Shown: one piece after another, positions 1-12,842 of the stretch
Position numbering within the stretch: the first letter of the stretch is position 1
How the letters are laid out: every line of letters starts with the position of its first letter
From: Octopus bimaculoides
Lineage: Eukaryota
Length of the DNA: 64,000 nucleotides
NCBI RefSeq assembly: GCF_001194135.2
Contig: NC_068983.1
Span: 138,756,361-138,820,360 of the forward strand
Direction of reading: 5' to 3'
Position numbers and translations under genes: made by a program
Notes under the pieces: model-generated
Seen by the model: only the letters and a program-made list of their open reading frames with translations
Database searches by the model: none
Told to the model about the DNA's origin: nothing

Positions 1-440
1 AATTTAATTTCGAAACTAAATGGCAAACGTTCGATATCAGGATGCAGCAATTGGGTGAATATCTTATGGTGTAGTCTCGATAGAGCAATGAATGTTAGGG
101 AAGTATATATTTGTGTATGTGAGAGCACCCATTTGAGTGCATATAGAGCAGTATATATATATATATATATATNNNNNNNNNNNNNNNNNNNNNNNNNNNN
201 NNNNNNNNNNNNNNNNNNNNNNNNNNNNNNNNNNNNNNNNNNNNNNNNNNNNNNNNNNNNNNNNNNNNNNNNNNNNNNNNNNNNNNNNNNNNNNNNNNNN
301 NNNNNNNNNNNNNNNNNNNNNNNNNNNNNNNNNNNNNNNNNNNNNNNNNNNNNNNTAGTTTAGATAAGATAGGAAAGAGAGAGTGAATGCAGGGCTATTG
401 TATTTATAAATCCACTGTTTAGGCAGAATGGTATACATAT

Positions 441-547
441 AAGATTCCAATACCTTATGAGCAAAATCCAACAGTATATAAAATTGGTCATTACATTTGT
501 AAATCCGTTAGTAAGGTTCCAATACCCTATGAGTAAAATCCAACAGT
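441..547. repeat. Short tandem duplication (72-bp period, about 35-bp conserved core)
   Basis: aagattccaataccttatgagcaaaatccaacagt (441-475) recurs as aaggttccaataccctatgagtaaaatccaacagt (513-547). Confidence 0.8.
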
Positions 548-599
548 CTTTGAAATGGTTCATTCCAAATACAGAGTTTATTCACAATGTTATTGAATC

Positions 600-1000
600 A
601 AGGGTTCTTTCTGTTTAAAGTCACCTAAAAGCAGGGAATGTATTAGTAAGGTGAAATCGAAAACAGGAAGAGAGGAATAAAGGAAGAGGAAAAAACGGAA
701 GAGAAAAAAGTGTGGGGGAGAAATAGAAGTAAAAAGAAGAAAATAATAAAAGGAATAAAGAAAAGAAAGGAAAAAGGAAGACAAAAATAGAGGTAAGGGA
801 AAGTGAACAAGAATGGTCAGTGAATATAAGAAGGTAGAAACGGGAGGCTAAGGGTGAAAGAGAGAGAAAGGTATTAGAGTGTAGAAAGATCGAAGGAATG
901 AGGTGGGGGGTTATGAAGAGAGAGATATTAAGCTTTAAGGAGTGTAAATTGCAGTGATGGTGTCTAAATGATGGGGTAGACAAAGGAATTAGGATGGTTG
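600..1000. repeat. Purine-rich (GA) low-complexity tract
   Basis: Strongly A/G-skewed plus strand; the F/L/S-rich minus ORFs here are compositional artefacts. Confidence 0.7.
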
Positions 1001-2530
1001 GACAGGTCAGTAATGCATCTGTAAGACCTTATGTTTATAAATGTTCTATATCATACACAGCCTTGGTTTTTTTTTATCTCATTACGAAAATTAAATCCTT
1101 ATATTCACACATTGATATATGACCTACGTTGGACCCCTTATTCGCATAATCACCGAATCTGGATCTTTACTATGGTCTATCCATAGCACGTGCTTCACAT
1201 TACCTGAAGCCTCTAGGTCTAATTGACACCACTATCACTCGTAACCTCTCTCTCTCTCTCTCACTATCTATCTCTCTCTCTCTATATATATATATGTACA
1301 TTCTTTCAACATATACGTATATACTTTATGTATGAATGGATGTATATTATACATATATATGTGCATATATAACATATGTATTTTCTGCATACCTTTCTTT
1401 CGAACTTCTCCTAAGTGGTCACGCTAGCCACTAAAATATTATTGACCTGTCTGAAACCAATATTCAACTGATATTCTTCTTTCACCCACGAAACTCTCTC
1501 ACCTCTTGTTATAAATCCTTCTGTGTCATATTATCTTATCTGCATGGCAGTCTCACAGTCTCAGGCTAATACTTAAAAATAAACTTAAGCTGTCACTTCA
1601 ATTCCTGAGTTAACATGCCTTGCTTATTGTTTAAGTCCTTAAACATTCATAAAATGTCTTACCGAACGACTCCTGCGTAGCAATATCTTAACTGCAGCCT
1701 CCAGCCATCTGCAACATCTCTGTATAGTCATAGAAATCTACCTATTTTTCTCATTTCCCTTTGAAGAATTCTTCTGGTTGTTGTTTTTTAATATCTCTGC
1801 GGAGAATGCTATTTTAATGCGATCGCGCATTTTCAAGCAGTTCCTTATTTATATAAATTCCAGTCAATAGCTTGAGTAGTTAGCATCACAAATCTTGAAT
1901 TTAAAAAAGTTAGATGCAAAATACCGAATAATTGCAGAGTGAATTTGTTTGTGTAAGACACATCGCCTGTCGTTACGTCTGTGTATAACTAGGCTATTGA
2001 TTCACCCATTCACCCAGGCGAGTTTTGGAAGTCAATTATATATAATGTAACTGCACATGTGCGGTTGGCAATTTCTTTTCCTTCTTTGCACTTTTCAATG
2101 CTCGAAACGTCAAATGCTCTCTCTTCTCACTGAGCGTCAAATAATGTCGTTGTGCACATCCTCTTGTTGTCTGTTATTGTTAATCTCAATGTTTGTTTAA
2201 TTGACTATATATATGTATTTATGTATGTGTATACACACACATACACACACACACTACATTCCTCCATGGCAAGGTTTAATTTGTGAATACAAATTTAATT
2301 TGCGGTCCATGGGAAGAGCCGTTTTAACGATGCGTCCTACCCAGCTCTTCGAAACGCCGGTGTTAAAACGGGGGTAGCAGATGAAGGAAAATGTTCTCTA
2401 TGTGGCTTGTGTGTTTTCTTGTCTACGTTTTGTTTGCAATGTCCTGTACCCAGATATGCACCTATACATACAGGTGGATGTCGGTATGCACATACCTGTA
2501 CGTATATATGCATATACTCATTTACTATTT

Positions 2531-2580
<50 letters not shown>

Positions 2581-2681
2581 TCTATGGTAACCACAATAAC
2601 ATAGATAGGAATAAATACAGAAGTATACTATATTATAGCAGCTGTAATATACTACTACTAGCAACAATAATGAAAATGCAC

Positions 2682-3225
2682 CATGACAGTGTAGCAAGAA
2701 TGATCCATTGGAAGCTCTGTGGAAATCACAAAGAGCAAAGACGTGGTATAAGATAATTCCAGAAGGAGTCACAGAAAATGAGAATTGCAAAATCCGCAAT
2801 GATCCAGTGCCATCACCCGACCAAACATCGGAAGCTGGACATTGTTTTGATGAATAAAAAGGAAAGAAGATTATGATAATCAACATAGCATGCCCCGGCA
2901 ATGTAAAAGAAGAGAAATAAGCAAGTATGGTGATTTGATGTGGGAAATACGAAGGTTGTGATCAATGAAGAGAGCAGACGTGATACCGATAATTGGTGCA
3001 CTTAGAAGTATCAGCACTCAACTACCAGCATGGCTGAAAAAAATTGGTGCAAGTTTGAATGTATAACACCTAGAAAAATCAGCATTGCTTGGAATTGCAA
3101 GAATTCTCCGCAGGGTTCTTGAAGCATGACCAGTAAACAAGTGTCACCTTAGTCTGCTGGCTGCGGGCAGTTGTTACTTTCCATAATACCCAACAAAATA
3201 AGCTGAGTTGTTTTTGTATACAATA
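2682..3225 (+). mobile_element. 5'-truncated R4/Dong-like non-LTR retrotransposon 3' end (REL endonuclease, frameshifted), family 2
   Basis: Joined frames read HDSVARMIHWKLCG..TWYK..PEGVTENENCKI..IQCHHPTKHRKLDIVLMNKKE..IINIACPG..KYGDL.WEIRRL..VIPII.GAL..LEKSALLGIARILRRVLEA* (stop 3127-3129). A short 3' UTR and a degenerate (AAT)n tail follow. Confidence 0.85.
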
Positions 3226-3509
3226 ATAATTAAAAAGTAATAATGGTGATAATGATGATAAAATACTGTGTGTATTACATGGAGAAACAATGTTAGCAAT
3301 AATAACCTAACTACACATCGGAATAATAGCTCAAGTACAGAGGACAATATGAAAGCAATTAATTGTGTTCATGCACACAGATCACAGTTATAATAACATA
3401 GGATCGTATTGTTCAATGTACAAAAATACGTTTGTTGCCAAATATCGAACTGATAAACCTAAAGGCTCATCTTACCTATAAGTACGAGCAGAAACAAAAA
3501 TGACAGGCG

Positions 3510-4090
3510 ATTAAGTTTGTGAATTGTGAACAGGTGTAATCCTCAATTCGGATTCAACTTAGCAACCAACATATGTGCAAAACCTTTCAAAGCTTTTGAC
3601 AAGCACTTCCATATATCCAAGTCGTATTCGAAAATATTTAACAGATACCCTGTAAAGCTGGTCAAATCCATAGCAATTAATAATTCGTAATACACTGATT
3701 CAACAATAAAATTTTTTTAGATTCTATCCCCTGATTATATACCCACTAGAACAAACAATCTAAATAGGCATAAATTTACTGATCTATTATTCACGCTAAT
3801 AATATATATCTTAGGACGACAGTAAAAAACAACCCTAACGTATCCAATCGAGTAAATGAACTCTGTAATTGTAGAAATAGATCATTGTATCTACATGAAT
3901 ATTGTCTTAGAATATTAATTATAAACAGTATTCACACTTGGCAATGTGCATATATATACTGGGTATAATTGAGATAATTTTAAATGCATATACTCTAATC
4001 ACAATTACAAGTTTAAGGATAGAAGTATGGCTAATTTTACTTCTATATATAGAAGAAATTAGAGAAGAATCTCACCAATTGAAATAAAAA
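3510..4090 (+). mobile_element. Decayed Penelope-like element: linker plus GIY-YIG endonuclease
   Basis: NPQF...ATNI..PFKAFDKHF..SKSYSKIFNR.PVKL (3535-3665) matches the PLE linker motif WFNPPF..V.TNIG..F..L.DKHFP....KIFNRNTVKLSYS. It is followed by LCNCRNR (about 3861-3882), NI.YK and YxG..DNFK..YSNH..KF (3955-4015). Confidence 0.75.
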
Positions 4091-4840
4091 CGATCGAAAC
4101 CAACTACGTTTGCTCAATCATGAAACTATTACATATAAACCGCAAGATGACTCGTTAAAATAAAGGCGACATCTATGCCAGTAATATCGGTACGCTCGGC
4201 AAACCGTGACGTTTAAGCTGCATGCAGATTGGTCAAACCGTATTCCAAAACATCGGGTTGTTGGAGCCTTCTAAGGCGTACAAAATGAAGAAGTTAGTAA
4301 TTTTACTACAGTTGTCAAGAGCTCAACTGTCATTTAAACATTTTGAAATCTGATGATAGATACGAACGTATGAAAGCAACAATTGAACTTTATGTACATT
4401 ACAAAATATTTTTTTAATGTTTGCCACGCATCAACATTGTAAAAATTCATATTTTAAAAAATATCCTAATAAAAAACGTGAAAACCAGACCATGTTTTAA
4501 CGTTATTCAACTTATATATATATATATATATATATATNNNNNNNNNNNNNNNNNNNNNNNNNNNNNNNNNNNNNNNNNNNNNNNNNNNNNNNNNNNNNNN
4601 NNNNNNNNNNNNNNNNNNNNNNNNNNNNNNNNNNNNNNNNNNNNNNNNNNNNNNNNNNNNNNNNNNNNNNNNNNNNNNNNNNNNNNNNNNNNNNNNNNNN
4701 NNNNNNNNNNNNNNNNNNNNNNNNNNNNNNNNNNNNNNNNNNNNNNNNNNNNNNNNNNNNNNNNNNNNNNNNNNNNNNNNNNNNNNNNNNNNNNNNATAT
4801 AAAGGAATAAAAGAATAAAAGAATAAAATAATATATATAC

Positions 4841-4890
<50 letters not shown>

Positions 4891-4892
<2 letters not shown>

Positions 4893-5173
4893 CTCTTTTA
4901 TTTGTTCAGTCATTTGACAGTGGCCATGCTGGAGCACCGCCTTTAGTCGAGCAAATCGACCCCACAACTTATTCTTCGTAAGCATAGTACTTATGCTATC
5001 GGTCTCTTTTGCCGAACCGCTAAGTTACGGAGACGATAGTAGGGGGACAAACACAGACACACATACATATATATATATACATATATACGACGGGCTTCTT
5101 TCAGTTTCCGTCTACCAAATTCACTCACAAGGCTTTGGTCGGCCCGAGGCTATAGAAGAACACACTTGCCCAA
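4891..5173 (-). mobile_element. tRNA-derived SINE family A, head-less copy with internal deletion
   Basis: Near-identical to 27078-27451 (ggccatgctggagcaccgcctttagtcgagcaaatcgacccc...gacgggcttctttcagtttccgtctaccaaat...ggctttggtcggcccgaggctatag); it ends before the tRNA-like head. Confidence 0.9.
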
Positions 5174-5759
5174 TTTAAAGAAGGAACAAAAATTAGATAA
5201 TAATCTTGTATTTATGACATACATTAATACAACAAATACATTAAGACATTGAGAACATATTAAAAGTATTATTTAAGAATATAATAGAAATAAGAAATGT
5301 ATGATATAACAATATATATGAAAATATAAGCAAGAAAAACTTCGATATGTAGAGTGATATAGAGAATGTAAGAACATTTATTTAAAATAAAGAATTAAAA
5401 ATTTAAATTTAAGAATTAAAATTTACAGATTACAAATTACATTGAGGGCAGTGAGAATCGTTAATGAGATAGCAATATTTATTTCAATATATCGTGGTTT
5501 ATTATACCCCACCCTCATAACGAGATTATGGACAAATGTAATTTGCGCATTCAGGACTCTTACATTCTTCTTAGATCGTATAATTCAGGTATATTAAATA
5601 AATTTCCCGATGCGATTAATTCATGTACTCGAAAATCTCATTCAATATTCATGAAACTCCAAAAAGCACGGTATGATAAATAGCGACCTTTGAACTCTAA
5701 TCTCTCTTTTATCATTCATTATTATATATGATACTTCATAATATAATAATGATAATAAA

Positions 5760-5792
<33 letters not shown>

Positions 5793-5797
<5 letters not shown>

Positions 5798-6146
5798 GAA
5801 ATGGAAACACTTTCAAAATACAAAAACCTGGAAATAGAGACAACTCGAATGTGGAATCTAAAAACAGAAACAATTCCTATCATAGTAGGTGCCTTAGGTA
5901 TAATAAAAAAAATATTCAGACAAATACATAACAAAAATACCAGAACTTACAAATATATATAACATACAGAAAATTGCACTACTGGGTACTGCACACATTC
6001 TACGCAAAACACTTTCAATACAGTAAACATAAGAGCACCACAGCAAACCACAGCACATACCCAAGGCGCACAGAGCTGCGTTCGGTAGTGAAGTGAAAGC
6101 ACGTTATAAAAATAAAACTACTGAACAATAATAATAATAATAATAA
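5793..6146 (+). mobile_element. 5'-truncated R4/Dong-like non-LTR retrotransposon 3' end, family 1, embedded in (AAT)n
   Basis: EMETLSKYKNLEIETTRMWNLKTETIPIIVGALGII[fs]YSDKYITKIPELTNIYNIQKIALLGTAHILRKTLSIQ* (stop 6024-6026), then about 100 bp of UTR. (AAT)n lies on both sides (5741-5792 and 6127-6146). Confidence 0.9.
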
Positions 6147-6327
6147 GACACCGGGATAATAATAATAATAATATATTCATAATTTCTTTAAATTTCAGCT
6201 TTCCCATCATGCTTAATCAAGTCGATATAAAAATAGTCCATATCTAGCCCATAACTGGTGACCAGCATAATATAACCCTAAGTGAAATGTCCTTACTCTA
6301 TATCTTCTTTCGAACATTTCTCTCTAT

Positions 6328-6415
6328 TTTCCTGATGACGGGGGCATCATCTACACGGGAATTATAAACTTCACACCTTAGCAGGACAAATGGATTCTTG
6401 AAACGGCCGTAGAAA
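6328..6415 (+). ncRNA. Candidate type-I hammerhead ribozyme with intact catalytic core
   Basis: tttc-CTGATGA (6332-6338)-61 nt-GAAA-CGGCCG-TA (6400-6411)-gaaa. Stem I is UUUC/GAAA, stem III is palindromic (ACGGCCGT), the cleavage triplet is GUA; stem II is weak. Confidence 0.5.
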
Positions 6416-6587
6416 CACCTCTTACCTGTTATTATAACACTTTATGTATTTTTTTAGAACACTTAATACAAATATATTTCTCTGACTTTTAAATTCCTCA
6501 TTAAGGTTTCTAACTGCCGTCAATGCAAATTCTAGCTTCTGAACTTTAATTTTTAATAATGTTTTCTTACATTCTCTATGTCACTCC

Positions 6588-6775
6588 AGACACACAAACA
6601 TATACATATATATATGACGGAATTCTTTGAGTGTCCGTCTACCAATCTACTCACAAAAGTTTGGTCGGTCGAGGCTATACTAGAAGACACTTGCCCAAGG
6701 TGCCACGCAGTGGGAGAAAAGAAGGAAGCATGTGGCTGAGAAGAAAGCTTCTTACAACATAGCTACGCTTGCGCC

Positions 6776-6779
<4 letters not shown>
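6588..6779 (-). mobile_element. SINE family A, diverged 5' half with tRNA-like head
   Basis: gacggaattctttgagtgtccgtctaccaatctactcacaaaagtttggtcggtcgaggctatactagaagacacttgcccaaggtgccacgcagtggga aligns with the other family A copies. Confidence 0.85.
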
Positions 6780-6818
<39 letters not shown>

Positions 6819-7935
6819 GTGTGCGTGTGTGTGTGTGTGTGTGTGTGCGTTTGTTAAATGGAACGAAATAAATGCAAATTTACTTCGAAATAACAAAATG
6901 AACAGCTGTAAATGTTCTTGAACTACAATTAAACTATGACATTTTAACACCAATGATCAACTTCTAATTTATAGAGACACACACANNNNNNNNNNNNNNN
7001 NNNNNNNNNNNNNNNNNNNNNNNNNNNNNNNNNNNNNNNNNNNNNNNNNNNNNNNNNNNNNNNNNNNNNNNNNNNNNNNNNNNNNNNNNNNNNNNNNNNN
7101 NNNNNNNNNNNNNNNNNNNNNNNNNNNNNNNNNNNNNNNNNNNNNNNNNNNNNNNNNNNNNNNNNNNNNNNNNNNNNNNNNNNNNNNNNNNNNNNNNNNN
7201 NNNNNNNNNNNNNNNNNNNNNNNNNNNNNNNNNNNNNNNNNNNNNNNNNNNNNNNNNNNNNNNNNNNNNNNNNNNNNNNNNNNNNNNNNNNNNNNNNNNN
7301 NNNNNNNNNNNNNNNNNNNNNNNNNNNNNNNNNNNNNNNNNNNNNNNNNNNNNNNNNNNNNNNNNNNNNNNNNNNNNNNNNNNNNNNNNNNNNNNNNNNN
7401 NNNNNNNNNNNNNNNNNNNNNNNNNNNNNNNNNNNNNNNNNNNNNNNNNNNNNNNNNNNNNNNNNNNNNNNNNNNNNNNNNNNNNNNNNNNNNNNNNNNN
7501 NNNNNNNNNNNNNNNNNNNNNNNNNNNNNNNNNNNNNNNNNNNNNNNNNNNNNNNNNNNNNNNNNNNNNNNNNNNNNNNNNNNNNNNNNNNNNNNNNNNN
7601 NNNNNNNNNNNNNNNNNNNNNNNNNNNNNNNNNNNNNNNNNNNNNNNNNNNNNNNNNNNNNNNNNNNNNNNNNNNNNNNNNNNNNNNNNNNNNNNNNNNN
7701 NNNNNNNNNNNNNNNNNNNNNNNNNNNNNNNNNNNNNNNNNNNNNNNNNNNNNNNNNNNNNNNNNNNNNNNNNNNNNNNNNNNNNNNNNNNNNNNNNNNN
7801 NNNNNNNNNNNNNNNNNNNNNNNNNNNNNNNNNNNNNNNNNNNNNNNNNNNNNNNNNNNNNNNNNNNNNNNNNNNNNNNNNNNNNNNNNNNNNNNNNNNN
7901 NNNNNNNNNNNNNNNNNNNNNNNNNNNNNNNNNNN

Positions 7936-8017
<82 letters not shown>

Positions 8018-8045
8018 CATACATACATATATACATACATATATA
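7936..8045. repeat. Compound microsatellite (TA)n-(TAGA)n-(TACA)n abutting a gap
   Basis: Direct reading; borders the N-run 6986-7935. Confidence 0.95.
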
Positions 8046-8440
8046 CGTGACCTGTTGATTGGACGAAGAGGTTAAATATTGAGACAAGTACTCCACACGA
8101 AACTCTCGGTTCCTATTTCTCTTACACTGCTCCGCAGCTTTTCAGCTAAATACAAGATACATGTATGTACGCACTCACACATACTCACGCACAGACACAC
8201 TCTTGCAAATACTCACATACTTACATACATACACACACACATATACTTAATGAGTTGAAGAGCGAGTGCTTTTGCGTGTGCGAATGAGAGTTAGAAGGGA
8301 GAGGACTACATATAAATATAAAGATATTAGAGAAAGACTCGATAAATAATGTTCTGGTTTTCTCCTTTCTCTCTCCCTTTATCTCCTCCCTTCGTTCCCT
8401 CTCTCTGTATATGTATACACACACACACACACACGCAGAA

Positions 8441-8472
<32 letters not shown>

Positions 8473-9120
8473 NNNNNNNNNNNNNNNNNNNNNNNNNNNN
8501 NNNNNNNNNNNNNNNNNNNNNNNNNNNNNNNNNNNNNNNNNNNNNNNNNNNNNNNNNNNNNNNNNNNNNNNNNNNNNNNNNNNNNNNNNNNNNNNNNNNN
8601 NNNNNNNNNNNNNNNNNNNNNNNNNNNNNNNNNNNNNNNNNNNNNNNNNNNNNNNNNNNNNNNNNNNNNNNNNNNNNNNNNNNNNNNNNNNNNNNNNNNN
8701 NNNNNNNNNNNNNNNNNNNNNNNNNNNNNNNNNNNNNNNNNNNNNNNNNNNNNNNNNNNNNNNNNNNNNNNCACTTTGAATCTACACCAAAGAGATAGAA
8801 TATCAGCCTAAAGAAAAGCAAAAAGGATCGATATGAAAATAATCTGAGAATACCCAAATCTGTTTCAACTTACTTCGATGAATGCCCCGAGATACAGGGA
8901 CAATATAATAAAAGATTTCTGAAACATTTTCTTCCAAATCTGTGCAGCTGTCATTATTGAGAATCTATCCCTTCATTAGCTACAACTCAACAAAGCCCTT
9001 TCATGCGTCTGGTGAAATTGGATAAAACTTAGATATTTTATCAATTTATATATCAGTTTATACATCTAGAGCTCTTATGATGTTTTACAAAGGCATACAC
9101 TCCATTTTACATATGCTATT

Positions 9121-9275
9121 GAAGAATCATTAGAGCATCAAGAATAATGACTTTCTACATTTATTCCGACTCTTTACATTCTGAGTTCAATTCTCACTTT
9201 GATCAGCTCCACTTTCAATCTTTTCGATATTAATAAAATAAAGTACAATATGAGTACTCAGACGTAATCGACTGT
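9121..9275 (+). mobile_element. SINE family B, highly diverged copy
   Basis: agaatcattag...tttacattctgagttcaattc...ctttcaatcttttcg...aagtac...gtaatcgact is colinear with the reverse complement of 34273-34485. Confidence 0.6.
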
Positions 9276-9379
9276 CGATGTAACATAGTGTAGAAGAGCC
9301 TGAAACAGTTAAGATTAGTCTCAAACCACTTTAATAAACATTCCTTCATAAGAAATGTTAATTCTACGTCCAACTGCAA

Positions 9380-12300
9380 CCACTAGGGTCTCACCGGGGC
9401 AACACTACAAACACTACTAACATCCAGTCAATCATCCCTTTTAAATTTGTTACACAAAAAGTACGAAAAGCTATACATGAAAAACCATTTAACACCAGAA
9501 ATGCACGGACAGGTGCCCTACAGATATGATGACCATCAAAATAAAAGGCCGGACGTTATTTCTCATGTCCTTCTAAATAAAATCTAAGAGGCATAAATGG
9601 ACACGTGAGGAATATATTTCACTCCTCGACGCTTATTTTACAGAAGTACTCTACCCACAGAACGAAAACACAACATATACATTAAAAAAACTGGAAGAAA
9701 AATAATGTAGATAAAGATTTGGATATCACAATGAACCCTAATAAACGAACATACGCGATATATTCTCAAAACAAAAGTAAATATCACAAAATAGAAATAG
9801 AACACCCAAAGGAAAAATGCATAAGGAAAACGTAGAAAGTTAGCACACATCAATGCCAAATAATATCATAATCACGGGAGTGTAAGATATGAAGACAAAC
9901 GTAACATATCCAACAGAAACGAAATAAACCACGAAAGACAACAAACCGAGACCGTACGAATGTATAATGATGAACAAAATGCACCAAACCAGAACACCAC
10001 ACACAAAAATATGAATGCGAGGGAATGCGAAACAAATCTAAAACATGGAAACATGGAAGGTGAAGCTCAAGATTACAATACTCTAAAAATGAGTATAATC
10101 AAAGAATTGAAAGCCACGGATCTAATTATGGCCACCCATTGTACCGCCCGAAAATTAAAATAAATTTATAATAAAACAACAACAATAATGAATAGCATGA
10201 ACCTAGCCGACTCAGAACTAATAGCCACAAAGGCAAATGCTAATATGACCAGGTTAAATGATATAATATATGCAGCAGCCTTTGTGGCCGCAAATAATGC
10301 TGGATACCCCCTAAAACGCAACCAAACAGCAATATCACCATTTAAACAAACCTTGTGGATAAATAATATCCAGAAAAAGCATAAAATAAGAGAAAGCATC
10401 TGTCAATACTTAATGAAGATAGTAAACAACAAAACGAGAAGACAAATACTAAATACAAAATTACAGAACAAGGTATACCTGTGGTAAAAGAACTGCTAAA
10501 GCAAGATATCCTCGACTAAGCTCAAAGAATCCGCCGGTATGGTAAACGCCAACGTTTCTTTGAAGAAAACAAACAGTTCAACTCCAGCCCCAAAAGATTC
10601 TACCAAGAACTTGGCAAAAATAAAATAAAGATCAATGCAGCACCAACAGCAGTAGTGGAAAAAATTATGGAAAGAAATATGGTCGCCGAAGCTACAACAT
10701 CAGAAAATATCTATCAAAACAATGAACACAGCTCCTGAACAACCCTGGATCCCTATAACAACTGAATTGCTCACCCAAGCACTGCAAAAACTAATCAACT
10801 GGAAAGCAACCGGGCACAACAAAATCCCCCAATTTCTGGTTAAAATATCTAACAGGAATACATAAAAAGCTGGTTGAAACATTTAATGAAATACTAGCAG
10901 TGCCAAACACAATACCTGAATGGCTCATGGAAGGGAAAACTATCCTAATTCTCAAATCCACTGAAACAGCAAACTACAAAATTACAGACCGTTAACTTGT
11001 CTCATACAATTTACAAAACCTTTGCTGCAATAATATCGCAGAGGATGGGAAAACATCTAGAAGAAAACAGCTTCTTTTCAGAAGAGTAGAAGGGGTGCTG
11101 CAAGTGCTCATACAGCTGTAGAGATCGGCTACTGATCAATAAAGCCATAACTAAAAACAGCCGCAGAAAGAAGAAGGGTCAAAGTATGGCCTGGATCCAT
11201 TACTGAAAGGCTTTTGATAGTATTTCCCACACATGGATCCTAGAAACACTTCCCATGATCAAGGTAGCACCAATAATCATAAAATATATAAACTATTCTT
11301 TGAATGAATGGCAGACAGTGCTACAGCTCCAGACAAAAGAGGGACTCATAAATACCAAAGCCATCTCCATTACAAAAGCAATATCCCAGTGAAACACAAT
11401 CCTTGCATTCCTTTTCTGCTTGGCACAGACACCTTTATCTGACAGGCTAAACAGAGATGGATGTGGATACAAATGTTACGGTAAAACAATCAGTCATCTC
11501 TTGTATATGAATGATCTTAAAATGTACGCTCCAAGCGATAAACAGCTGTAAACGTTATTACAGTGAGTACATGGATTTACTAAAGAAATGAGTATGAAAT
11601 TTGGCTTAGAGAAATCTGAGAAAAGAGGAAAACTAGTTAAGAATAGCAACATCACACTAGATAAAGCAAATGAAATAAAAGTATTAGACCAAAGCCAAAC
11701 ATACAAATACTTAGGAATCAATGAACTAGATACGATATCGCACACATAAACAAAAGCGGAGATAAAAAGGAATACTATAGGCGAGTTACATTAATACTAA
11801 AAAAAGAGCTCAATGCGAAAAGCAAGATAAAAGGTATCAACACTCTAGCCTTCCCAATTATAAGTTACAGCTATAATATTCTTAACTGGACTCTGAATGA
11901 ACTAATCGAAATAGACAGAAAAAGGAGAAAAATAATAACCGAATTTAGTATGCTCAAACCAAAATGTGATATAGAAAGACTACATATGCAACGTATCGAA
12001 GGTGGTAGAGGCCTTATACTGCTAGAAAACTATTACAAAATAACCACCATAGGACTACAAAAATACCTACTTCAGAAGCAAGGAAAACTAATACAAATAG
12101 CCATAAATCACGAACAAAGCAAACAACTGTTTTCAGTCTTTAAGGAAGCTGACAAACACAAAACATAGAACCTAAAAATTATGAAGAAAAAGAAGAAACA
12201 TCAAAAGCTGTAAAACAAATGAAATCCAAATTAAAACTGGAGCAGCAACGGTTCATGATAAAACGATGGCAAGAAAAGCCCCTTCATGTTAAATACTGGG

Positions 12301-12810
12301 TCAAACTAAACAGAAAAGAAATAGACAAATCAAAATCCCAATAATGTCCGAGACGCTCTGGAATCAAAGCAGAGATGAAGGATTTTTAATTGCAGCATAA
12401 GATCAAAGCTTTCCCTCCATAAATCACCAAAATTACGTAATGAAAAGAAATGCAAGTAACTGCAGAGTATGTCGTGATTTAGAAGACACAATAAATAATA
12501 TTGTCTCTGGTTGCCCAGTCCTGGCTCAGAAGGAATATATTCACAGACACGACAGAGTTTGGACCTGTATACACTGGAAGCTACGCCTACCTTATGAAAT
12601 AACAACCGAAAAATAATGGTGTAGACACATTCCAGAAAAGTTCACAGAAAATGAGAAAGCAACCATTCTCTGTGATATGCCAATATACACTGATAGAGAA
12701 ATGAACACCAATATTATCAGAGATCACCAAAAATGCTTTAAAAATACATAACAAACACCAGGTCTTACTATTCTGTGATACCCTTAAACCATGAACATTT
12801 CAGCACCAAC
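9380..12810 (+). mobile_element. Near full-length degenerate R4/Dong-clade non-LTR retrotransposon (RT + CCHC; REL endonuclease mostly deleted)
   Basis: Motifs in order: HKWTREEY (9592), NWKATGHNKI.NFWLK (10797), PEWLMEGKTIL, NYRPLTCL (10980), AWIHY*KAFDSISHTWI (11188-11240), HLLYMNDLK (YMND 11504-11515, mutated YMDD), YKYLGI (11702), IERLHMQRIEGGRGL (11971-12015), EGFLIAA*DQ, CRVC (12461), SGCPVLAQKEYIHRHDRV (12506-12559), DMPIYTDR. Many stops and frameshifts; the 5' boundary is approximate. Confidence 0.93.
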
Positions 12811-12842
12811 TCGTGTATATATATGTATATATATATATATAT

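Noticed and set aside
1663-1719. GC-rich 57-nt minus-strand segment with AG/GT ends (DVADGWRLQLRYCYAGVV or RCCRWLEAAVKILLRRSRS)
   Set aside because: Plausible exon but with no nearby partner or homology; it cannot be supported alone.
2100-2125. gctcGAAACGTCaaa half-hammerhead
   Set aside because: No CUGANGA or stem I upstream.
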